A stretch of DNA of 64,000 nt from Trypanosoma brucei (taxonomy: Eukaryota), in the NCBI GenBank assembly GCA_000002445.1, contig CM000207.1, forward strand, positions 480,001 to 544,000. The letters are read 5' to 3'. The notes beneath the pieces were generated by a model that was given only the letters and a program-made list of their open reading frames with translations, was not told the DNA's origin and ran no database searches. Numbering within the stretch: position 1 is the stretch's first letter; each line of letters starts with the position of its first letter. Made by a program: the position numbers and the translations under genes. Shown one piece after another: positions 59,501-64,000 of this stretch.

Positions 59501-62500
59501 TACCGATGACTCCCGTGGTCTAGATTCATACAGCATCCACACAGCAGTGTATGGACATTCATTAAGACGCTCATCAATATCATCCTTCTTTAGGTTGTGT
59601 GGTGGGGTTATGGTAAATTCAAGTTTTAGCATTTCCTCGCTGTAACTCACCACCAAGTCCTGCACCTGTTCCTCATTAAGTTGCAACTGAGCAGCCGTTT
59701 CTTTGGTAAAGGCACTTACGACATCAGGTTTCCTCTTCTCCAAAACATAATCCCAGTCCTCACCCTCAAATTCCACGTGGTGTTGCGTAACCGTTTCTGT
59801 TGCAGAAGATGAATCCTTCATCATAGCCGCACGTGCAGCGGAAGCACGTGGCACATATAGTGACCACATCTCAGAGAAGGGACATGCAGCAAGGGTACTT
59901 AATATATCAGCATCATTTAATGAGCACCCAATGACTTTATAATCAATCAACAGACTTCCGAGTCGGCAATCAATGATAACCACCTGCTGTGGAGAGACAC
60001 CGAGAGCACACGCAGCGTCATTACGGAATGCGTTCTCCAACCCTTCACGATCACCACTAAGCACAAGATCCCAATCATCTCCCTCAAATTTCTCTGTCAA
60101 TACCGATGACTCCCGTGGTCTAGATTCATACAGCATCCACACAGCAGTGTATGGACATTCATTAAGACGCTCATCAATATCATCCTTCTTTAGGTTGTGT
60201 GGTAGGGTTATGGTAAATTCAAGTTTTAGCATTTCCTCGCTGTAACTCACCACCAAGTCCTGCACCTGTTCCTCATTAAGTTGCAACTGAGCAGCCGTTT
60301 CTTTGGTAAAGGCACTTACGACATCAGGTTTCCTCTTCTCCAAAACATAATCCCAGTCCTCACCCTCAAATTCCATGTGGTGTTGCGTAACCGTTTCTGT
60401 TGCAGAAGATGAATCCTCCATCATAGCCGCACGTGCAGCGGAAGCACGTGGCACATATAGTGACCACACCTCAGAGAAGGGACATGCAGCAAGGGTACTT
60501 AATATATCAGCATCATTTAATGAGCACCCAATGACTTTATAATCAATCAACAGACTTCCGAGTCGGCAATCAATGATAACCACCTGCTGTGGAGAGACAC
60601 CGAGAACACGCGCAGCGTCATTACGGAATGCGTTCTCCAACCCTTCACGATCACCACTAAGCACAAGATCCCAATCATCTCCCTCAAATTTTTCTGTCAG
60701 TACCGATGACTCCCGTGGTCTAGATTCATACAGCATCCACACAGCAGTGTATGGACATTCATTAAGACGCTCATCAATATCATCCTTCTTTAGGTTGTGT
60801 GGTAGGGTTATGGTAAATTCAAGTTTTAGCATTTCCTCGCTGTAACTCACCACCAAGTCCTGCACCTGTTCCTCATTAAGTTGCAACTGAGCAGCCGTTT
60901 CTTTGGTAAAGGCACTTACGACATCAGGTTTCCTCTTCTCCAAAACATAATCCCAGTCCTCACCCTCAAATTCCACGTGGTGTTGCGTAACCGTTTCTGT
61001 TGCAGAAGATGAATCCTTCATCATAGCCGCACGTGCAGCGGAAGCACGTGGCACATATAGTGACCACACTTCAGAGAAGGGACATGCAGCAAGGGTACTT
61101 AATATATCAGCATCATTTAATGAGCACCCAATGACTTTATAATCAATCAACAGACTTCCGAGTCGGCAATCAATGATAACCACCTGCTGTGGAGAGACAC
61201 CGAGAGCACGCGCAGCGTCATTACGGAATGCGTTCTCCAACCCTTCACGATCACCACTAAGCACAAGATCCCAGTCATCTCCCTCAAATTTCTCTGTCAA
61301 TACCGATGACTCCCGTGGTCTAGATTCATACAGCATCCACACAGCAGTGTATGGACATTCATTAAGACGCTCATCAATATCATCCTTCTTTAGGTTGTGT
61401 GGTAGGGTTATGGTAAATTCAAGTTTTAGCATTTCCTCGCTGTAACTCACCACCAAGTCCTGCACCTGTTCCTCATTAAGTTGCAACTGAGCAGCCGTTT
61501 CTTTGGTAAAGGCACTTACGACATCAGGTTTCCTCTTCTCCAAAACATAATCCCAGTCCTCACCCTCAAATTCCACGTGGTGTTGCGTAACCGTTTCTGT
61601 TGCAGAAGATGAATCCTCCATCATAGCCGCACGTGCAGCGGAAGCACGTGGCACATATAGTGACCACATCTCAGAGAAGGGACATGCAGCAAGGGTACTT
61701 AATATATCAGCATCATTTAATGAGCACCCAATGACTTTATAATCAATCAACAGACTTCCGAGTCGGCAATCAATGATAACCACCTGCTGTGGAGAGACAC
61801 CGAGAGCACGCGCAGCGTCATTACGGAATGCGTTCTCCAACCCTTCACGATCACCACTAAGCACAAGATCCCAATCATCTCCCTCAAATTTTTCTGTCAA
61901 TACCGATGACTCCCGTGGTCTAGATTCATACAGCATCCACACAGCAGTGTATGGACATTCATTAAGACGCTCATCAACATCATCCTTCTTTAGGTTGTGT
62001 GGTAGGGTTATGGTAAATTCAAGTTTTAGCATTTCCTCGCTGTAACTCACCACCAAGTCCTGCACCTGTTCCTCATTAAGTTGCAACTGAGCAGCCGTTT
62101 CTTTGGTAAAGGCACTTACGACATCAGGTTTCCTCTTCTCCAAAACATAATCCCAGTCCTCACCCTCAAATTCCACGTGGTGTTGCGTAACCGTTTCTGT
62201 TGCAGAAGATGAATCCTCCATCATAGCCGCACGTGCAGCGGAAGCACGTGGCACATATAGTGACCACACTTCAGAGAAGGGACATGCAGCAAGGGTACTT
62301 AATATATCAGCATCATTTAATGAGCACCCAATGACTTTATAATCAATCAACAGACTTCCGAGTCGGCAATCAATGATAACCACCTGCTGTGGAGAGACAC
62401 CGAGAACACGCGCAGCGTCATTACGGAATGCGTTCTCCAACCCTTCACGATCACCACTAAGCACAAGATCCCAGTCATCTCCCTCAAATTTTTCTGTCAA

Positions 62501-64000
62501 TACCGATGACTCCCGTGGTCTAGATTCATACAGCATCCACACAGCAGTGTATGGACATTCATTAAGACGCTCATCAATATCATCCTTCTTTAGGTTGTGT
62601 GGTGGGGTTATGGTAAATTCAAGTTTTAGCATTTCCTCGCTGTAACTCACCACCAAGTCCTGCACCTGTTCCTCATTAAGTTGCAACTGAGCAGCCGTTT
62701 CTTTGGTAAAGGCACTTACGACATCAGGTTTCCTCTTCTCCAAAACATAATCCCAGTCCTCACCCTCAAATTCCACGTGGTGTTGCGTAACCGTTCCTGT
62801 TGCAGAAGATGAATCCTTCATCATAGCCGCACGTGCAGCGGAAGCACGTGGCACATATAGTGACCACATCTCAGAGAAGGGACATGCAGCAAGGGTACTT
62901 AATATATCAGCATCATTTAATGAGCACCCAATGACTTTATAATCAATCAACAGACTTCCGAGTCGGCAATCAATGATAACCACCTGCTGTGGAGAGACAC
63001 CGAGAACACGCGCAGCGTCATTACGGAATGCGTTCTCCAACCCTTCACGATCACCACTAAGCACAAGATCCCAGTCATCTCCCTCAAATTTTTCTGTCAA
63101 TACCGATGACTCCCGTGGTCTAGATTCATACAGCATCCACACAGCAGTGTATGGACATTCATTAAGACGCTCATCAACATCATCCTTCTTTAGGTTGTGT
63201 GGTGGGGTTATGGTAAATTCAAGTTTTAGCATTTCCTCGCTGTAACTCACCACCAAGTCCTGCACCTGTTCCTCATTAAGTTGCAACTGAGCAGCCGTTT
63301 CTTTGGTAAAGGCACTTACGACATCAGGTTTCCTCTTCTCCAAAACATAATCCCAGTCCTCACCCTCAAATTCCACGTGGTGTTGCGTAACCGTTTCTGT
63401 TGCAGAAGATGAATCCTTCATCATAGCCGCACGTGCAGCGGAAGCACGTGGCACATATAGTGACCACATCTCAGAGAAGGGGCATGCAGCAAGGGTACTT
63501 AATATATCAGCATCATTTAATGAGCACCCAATGACTTTATAATCAATCAACAGACTTCCGAGTCGGCAATCAATGATAACCACCTGCTGTGGAGAGACAC
63601 CGAGAACACGCGCAGCGTCATTACGGAATGCGTTCTCCAACCCTTCACGATCACCACTAAGCACAAGATCCCAATCATCTCCCTCAAATTTTTCTGTCAA
63701 TACCGATGACTCCCGTGGTCTAGATTCATACAGCATCCACACAGCAGTGTATGGACATTCATTAAGACGCTCATCAATATCATCCTTCTTTAGGTTGTGT
63801 GGTGGGGTTATGGTAAATTCAAGTTTTAGCATTTCCTCGCTGTAACTCACCACCAAGTCCTGCACCTGTTCCTCATTAAGTTGCAACTGAGCAGCCGTTT
63901 CTTTGGTAAAGGCACTTACGACATCAGGTTTCCTCTTCTCCAAAACATAATCCCAGTCCTCACCCTCAAATTCCATGTGGTGTTGCGTAACCGTTCCTGT
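44525..64000 (-). CDS. giant repetitive protein, partial. At least 6483 aa lie in the window and the 5' end is beyond it. It is built of 200-aa tandem units.
   Basis: A single uninterrupted minus-strand ORF runs across more than 19.4 kb. There are 32 units such as ...VEFEGEDWDYVLEKRKPDVV...ECPYTAVWMLYESRPRESSVLTEKFEGDDWDLVLSGDREG...CPFSEMWSLYVPRASAARAAMMKDSSSATETVTQHH. The stop codon is at 44525-44527. Confidence 0.8.
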   Translation of the reverse strand, partial: TGTVTQHHMEFEGEDWDYVLEKRKPDVVSAFTKETAAQLQLNEEQVQDLVVSYSEEMLKLEFTITPPHNLKKDDIDERLNECPYTAVWMLYESRPRESSVLTEKFEGDDWDLVLSGDREGLENAFRNDAARVLGVSPQQVVIIDCRLGSLLIDYKVIGCSLNDADILSTLAACPFSEMWSLYVPRASAARAAMMKDSSSATETVTQHHVEFEGEDWDYVLEKRKPDVVSAFTKETAAQLQLNEEQVQDLVVSYSEEMLKLEFTITPPHNLKKDDVDERLNECPYTAVWMLYESRPRESSVLTEKFEGDDWDLVLSGDREGLENAFRNDAARVLGVSPQQVVIIDCRLGSLLIDYKVIGCSLNDADILSTLAACPFSEMWSLYVPRASAARAAMMKDSSSATGTVTQHHVEFEGEDWDYVLEKRKPDVVSAFTKETAAQLQLNEEQVQDLVVSYSEEMLKLEFTITPPHNLKKDDIDERLNECPYTAVWMLYESRPRESSVLTEKFEGDDWDLVLSGDREGLENAFRNDAARVLGVSPQQVVIIDCRLGSLLIDYKVIGCSLNDADILSTLAACPFSEVWSLYVPRASAARAAMMEDSSSATETVTQHHVEFEGEDWDYVLEKRKPDVVSAFTKETAAQLQLNEEQVQDLVVSYSEEMLKLEFTITLPHNLKKDDVDERLNECPYTAVWMLYESRPRESSVLTEKFEGDDWDLVLSGDREGLENAFRNDAARALGVSPQQVVIIDCRLGSLLIDYKVIGCSLNDADILSTLAACPFSEMWSLYVPRASAARAAMMEDSSSATETVTQHHVEFEGEDWDYVLEKRKPDVVSAFTKETAAQLQLNEEQVQDLVVSYSEEMLKLEFTITLPHNLKKDDIDERLNECPYTAVWMLYESRPRESSVLTEKFEGDDWDLVLSGDREGLENAFRNDAARALGVSPQQVVIIDCRLGSLLIDYKVIGCSLNDADILSTLAACPFSEVWSLYVPRASAARAAMMKDSSSATETVTQHHVEFEGEDWDYVLEKRKPDVVSAFTKETAAQLQLNEEQVQDLVVSYSEEMLKLEFTITLPHNLKKDDIDERLNECPYTAVWMLYESRPRESSVLTEKFEGDDWDLVLSGDREGLENAFRNDAARVLGVSPQQVVIIDCRLGSLLIDYKVIGCSLNDADILSTLAACPFSEVWSLYVPRASAARAAMMEDSSSATETVTQHHMEFEGEDWDYVLEKRKPDVVSAFTKETAAQLQLNEEQVQDLVVSYSEEMLKLEFTITLPHNLKKDDIDERLNECPYTAVWMLYESRPRESSVLTEKFEGDDWDLVLSGDREGLENAFRNDAACALGVSPQQVVIIDCRLGSLLIDYKVIGCSLNDADILSTLAACPFSEMWSLYVPRASAARAAMMKDSSSATETVTQHHVEFEGEDWDYVLEKRKPDVVSAFTKETAAQLQLNEEQVQDLVVSYSEEMLKLEFTITPPHNLKKDDIDERLNECPYTAVWMLYESRPRESSVLTEKFEGDDWDLVLSGDREGLENAFRNDAARALGVSPQQVVIIDCRLGSLLIDYKVIGCSLNDADILSTLAACPFSEVWSLYVPRASAARAAMMEDSSSATETVTQHHVEFEGEDWDYVLEKRKPDVVSAFTKETAAQLQLNEEQVQDLVVSYSEEMLKLEFTITLPHNLKKDDVDERLNECPYTAVWMLYESRPRESSVLTEKFEGDDWDLVLSGDREGLENAFRNDAARVLGVSPQQVVIIDCRLGSLLIDYKVIGCSLNDADILSNLAACPFSEMWSLYVPRASAARAAMMEDSSSATETVTQHHVEFEGEDWDYVLEKRKPDVVSAFTKETAAQLQLNEEQVQDLVVSYSEEMLKLEFTITPPHNLKKDDIDERLHECPYTAVWMLYEPRPRESSVLTEKFEGDDWDLVLSGDREGLENAFRNDAARVLGVSPQQVVIIDCRLGSLLIDYKVIGCSLNDADILSTLAACPFSEMWSLYVPRASAARAAMMEDSSSATETVTQHHVEFEGEDWDYVLEKRKPDVVSAFTKETAAQLQLNEEQVQDLVVSYSEEMLKLEFTITLPHNLKKDDIDERLNECPYTAVWMLYESRPRESSVLTEKFEGDDWDLVLSGDREGLENAFRNDAARVLGVSPQQVVIIDCRLGSLLIDYKVIGSSLNDADILSTLAACPFSEMWSLYVPRASAARAAMMKDSSSATGTVTQHHMEFEGEDWDYVLEKRKPDVVSAFTKETAAQLQLNEEQVQDLVVSYSEEMLKLEFTITLPHNLKKDDVDERLNECPYTAVWMLYESRPRESSVLTEKFEGDDWDLVLSGDREGLENAFRNDAARVLGVSPQQVVIIDCRLGSLLIDYKVIGCSLNDADILSTLAACPFSEMWSLYVPRASAARAAMMKDSSSATETVTQHHVEFEGEDWDYVLEKRKPDVVSAFTKETAAQLQLNEEQVQDLVVSYSEEMLKLEFTITPPHNLKKDDIDERLNECPYTAVWMLYESRPRESSVLTEKFEGDDWDLVLSGDREGLENAFRNDAARVLGVSPQQVVIIDCRLGSLLIDYKVIGCSLNDADILSTLAACPFSEVWSLYVPRASAARAAMMKDSSSATETVTQHHVEFEGEDWDYVLEKRKPDVVSAFTKETAAQLQLNEEQVQDLVVSYSEEMLKLEFTITPPHNLKKDDIDERLNECPYTAVWMLYESRPRESSVLTEKFEGDDWDLVLSGDREGLENAFRNDAARVLGVSPQQVVIIDCRLGSLLIDYKVIGCSLNDADILSTLAACPFSEMWSLYVPRASAARAAMMKDSSSATETVTQHHVEFEGEDWDYVLEKRKPDVVSAFTKETAAQLQLNEEQVQDLVVSYSEEMLKLEFTITLPHNLKKDDIDERLNECPYTAVWMLYESRPRESSVLTEKFEGDDWDLVLSGDREGLENAFRNDAARVLGVSPQQVVIIDCRLGSLLIDYKVIGCSLNDSDILSTLAACPFSEMWSLYVPRASAARAAMMKDSSSATETVTQHHVEFEGEDWDYVLEKRKPDVVSAFTKETAAQLQLNEEQVQDLVVSYSEEMLKLEFTITPPHNLKKDDIDERLNECPYTAVWMLYESRPRESSVLTEKFEGDDWDLVLSGDREGLENAFRNDAARVLGVSPQQVVIIDCRLGSLLIDYKVIGCSLNDADILSTLAACPFSEVWSLYVPRASAARAAMMKDSSSATETVTQHHVEFEGEDWDYVLEKRKPDVVSAFTKETAAQLQLNEEQVQDLVVSYSEEMLKLEFTITPPHNLKKDDIDERLNECPYTAVWMLYESRPRESSVLTEKFEGDDWDLVLSGDREGLENAFRNDAARVLGVSPQQVVIIDCRLGSLLIDYKVIGRSLNDSDILSTLAACPFSEMWSLYVPRASAARAAMMKDSSSATGTVTKHYVGFEGEDWDYVLEKRKPDVVSAFTKETAAQLHLNEEQVQDLVLSYSEEMLKLEFTITPPHNLKKDDIDERLNECPYTAVWMLYESRPRESSVLTEKFEGDDWDLVLSGDREGLENAFRNDAARVLGVSPQQVVIIDCRLGSLLIDYKVIGCSLNDADILSTLAACPFSEMWSLYVPRASAARAAMMKDSSSATETVTQHHVEFEGEDWDYVLEKRKPDVVSAFTKETAAQLQLNEEQVQDLVVSYSEEMLKLEFTITPPHNLKKDDIDERLHECPYTAVWMLYEPRPRESSVLTEKFEGDDWDLVLSGDREGLENAFRNDAARVLGVSPQQVVIIDCRLGSLLIDYKVIGSSLNDADILSTLAACPFSEVWSLYVPRASAARAAMMEDSSSATETVTQHHVEFEGEDWDYVLEKRKPDVVSAFTKETAAQLQLNEEQVQDLVVSYSEEMLKLEFTITLPHNLKKDDIDERLNECPYTAVWMLYESRPRESSVLTEKFEGDDWDLVLSGDREGLENAFRNDAARVLGVSPQQVVIIDCRLGSLLIDYKVIGCSLNDADILSTLAACPFSEVWSLYVPRASAARAAMMKDSSSATETVTQHHVEFEGEDWDYVLEKRKPDVVSAFTKETAAQLQLNEEQVQDLVVSYSEEMLKLEFTITLPHNLKKDDVDERLNECPYTAVWMLYESRPRESSVLTEKFEGDDWDLVLSGDREGLENAFRNDAARALGVSPQQVVIIDCRLGSLLIDYKVIGCSLNDADILSTLAACPFSEVWSLYVPRASAARAAMMKDSSSATETVTQHHVEFEGEDWDYVLEKRKPDVVSAFTKETAAQLQLNEEQVQDLVVSYSEEMLKLEFTITLPHNLKKDDVDERLNECPYTAVWMLYESRPRESSVLTEKFEGDDWDLVLSGDREGLENAFRNDAARALGVSPQQVVIIDCRLGSLLIDYKVIGCSLNDADILSNLAACPFSEVWSLYVPRASAARAAMMEDSSSATETVTQHHVEFEGEDWDYVLEKRKPDVVSAFTKETAAQLQLNEEQVQDLVVSYSEEMLKLEFTITPPHNLKKDDIDERLHECPYTAVWMLYEPRPRESSVLTEKFEGDDWDLVLSGDREGLENAFRNDAARVLGVSPQQVVIIDCRLGSLLIDYKVTGCSLNDADILSTLAACPFSEVWSLYVPRASAARAAMMEDSSSATETVTQHHVEFEGEDWDYVLEKRKPDVVSAFTKETAAQLQLNEEQVQDLVVSYSEEMLKLEFTITLPHNLKKDDVDERLNECPYTAVWMLYESRPRESSVLTEKFEGDDWDLVLSGDREGLENAFRNDAACALGVSPQQVVIIDCRLGSLLIDYKVIGCSLNDADILSTLAACPFSEVWSLYVPRASAARAAMMEDSSSATETVTQHHVEFEGEDWDYVLEKRKPDVVSAFTKETAAQLQLNEEQVQDLVVSYSEEMLKLEFTITLPHNLKKDDIDERLNECPYTAVWMLYESRPRESSVLTEKFEGDDWDLVLSGDREGLENAFRNDAARALGVSPQQVVIIDCRLGSLLIDYKVIGCSLNDADILSTLAACPFSEMWSLYVPRASAARAAMMEDSSSATETVTQHHVEFEGEDWDYVLEKRKPDVVSAFTKETAAQLQLNEEQVQDLVVSYSEEMLKLEFTITLPHNLQKDDIDERLHECPYTAVWMLYEPRPRESSVLTEKFEGDDWDLVLSGDREGLENAFRNDAACALGVSPQQVVIIDCRLGSLLIDYKVIGCSLNDADILSTLAACPFSEVWSLYVPRASAARAAMMEDSSSATETVTQHHVEFEGEDWDYVLEKRKPDVVSAFTKETAAQLQLNEEQVQDLVVSYSEEMLKLEFTITLPHNLKKDDVDERLNECPYTAVWMLYESRPRESSVLTEKFEGDDWDLVLSGDREGLENAFRNDAARVLGVSPQQVVIIDCRLGSLLIDYKVIGCSLNDADILSTLAACPFSEVWSLYVPRASAARAAMMKDSSSATETVTQHHVEFEGEDWDYVLEKRKPDVVSAFTKETAAQLQLNEEQVQDLVVSYSEEMLKLEFTITLPHNLKKDDIDERLNECPYTAVWMLYESRPRESSVLTEKFEGDDWDLVLSGDREGLENAFRNDAARVLGVSPQQVVIIDCRLGSLLIDYKVIGSSLNDADILSTLAACPFSEMWSLYVPRASAARAAMMEDSSSATETVTQHHVEFEGEDWDYVLEKRKPDVVSAFTKETAAQLQLNEEQVQDLVVSYSEEMLKLEFTITLPHNLKKDDIDERLNECPYTAVWMLYESRPRESSVLTEKFEGDDWDLVLSGDREGLENAFRNDAARVLGVSPQQVVIIDCRLGSLLIDYKVIGSSLNDADILSTLAACPFSEVWSLYVPRASAARAAMMEDSSSATETVTQHHVEFEGEDWDYVLEKRKPDVVSAFTKETAAQLQLNEEQVQDLVVSYSEEMLKLEFTITLPHNLKKDDIDERLNECPYTAVWMLYESRPRESSVLTEKFEGDDWDLVLSGDREGLENAFRNDAARVLGVSPQQVVIIDCRLGSLLIDYKVIGSSLNDADILSTLAACPFSEMWSLYVPRASAARAAMMKDSSSATETVTQHHVEFEGEDWDYVLEKRKPDVVSAFTKETAAQLQLNEEQVQDLVVSYSEEMLKLEFTITLPHNLKKDDIDERLNECPYTAVWMLYESRPRESSVLTEKFEGDDWDLVLSGDREGLENAFRNDAARVLGVSPQQVVIIDCRLGSLLIDYKVIGCSLNDADILSTLAACPFSEVWSLYVPRASAARAAMMKDSSSATETVTKHYVGFEGEDWDYVLEKRKPDVVSAFTKETAAQLHLNEEQVQDLVLSYSEEMLKLEFTITPPHNLKKDDIDERLNECPYTAVWMLYELRPRESSVLTEKFEGDDWDLVLSGDREGLENAFRNDAARVLGVSPQQAVIIDCRLGSLLIDYKVIGCSLNDADILSTLAACPFSEMWSLYVPRASAARAAMMKDSSSATGTVTKHYVGFEGEDWDYVLEKRKPDVVSAFTKETAAQLHLNEEQVQDLVVSYSEEMLKLEFTITPPHNLKKDDIDESLHECPYTAVWMLY
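44530..64000. repeat. 600-bp tandem repeat array (at least 32.5 units) with exact period. It is coding, on the minus strand.
   Basis: The antisense 90-aa ORFs recur exactly every 600 bp from 44973 to 63573 with no indels. The units are about 98-99% identical at the nucleotide level. Confidence 0.95.

Noticed and set aside
44973-63845. Thirty-two near-identical 90-aa plus-strand ORFs (MITTCCGETPRTRAASLRN...) spaced every 600 bp
   Set aside because: They are antisense shadows of the minus-strand repeat units. They are Ser/Arg-rich and low-complexity, and they recur only because of the repeat. The sense ORF is continuous over 19 kb.
44530-64000. Regularly spaced repeats superficially reminiscent of a CRISPR array
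   Set aside because: The units are 600 bp, protein-coding and contiguous, with no spacers. The context is a eukaryotic kinetoplastid polycistron. It is not a CRISPR array.
1-64000. Retroelements (ingi/RIME, SLACS-like) or a prokaryotic operon/defence-island organisation
   Set aside because: No reverse-transcriptase or endonuclease ORFs, poly-A-terminated elements or target-site duplications were seen. The gene organisation is kinetoplastid polycistronic. Bacterial promoter, RBS and terminator models are therefore not applicable.

Overview
The window looks like a kinetoplastid (Trypanosoma brucei-like) nuclear chromosome segment. This is inferred from intron-less genes that all lie on the minus strand as one polycistronic array, separated by low-complexity spacers rich in (TA)n, (GT)n and polypyrimidine/purine tracts. 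About 20 minus-strand genes are supported. Those with recognisable motifs are a Ulp1/SENP SUMO protease, an atypical kinase with a long insert, a PQ-loop membrane protein, a PHD-finger protein, a class I methyltransferase, a canonical Ser/Thr kinase and an SCO1/SenC copper chaperone; also present are three tandem paralogues of an unnamed family and a tandemly duplicated ~760-aa coiled-coil gene. The main hunt results are as follows. Two identical tRNA-Sec (anticodon UCA, 9/4 fold) genes sit inside 367-bp direct repeats that flank the canonical kinase, on the same strand as the protein-coding genes. A giant gene covering more than 19.4 kb of the window is built from at least 32 near-identical, exactly 600-bp (200-aa) units, and it continues beyond the window end. 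Each 200-aa unit is itself two diverged ~95-aa modules. Several segmental duplications and gene remnants are also described. No prokaryotic-type features (CRISPR, operons, RBS) apply here.
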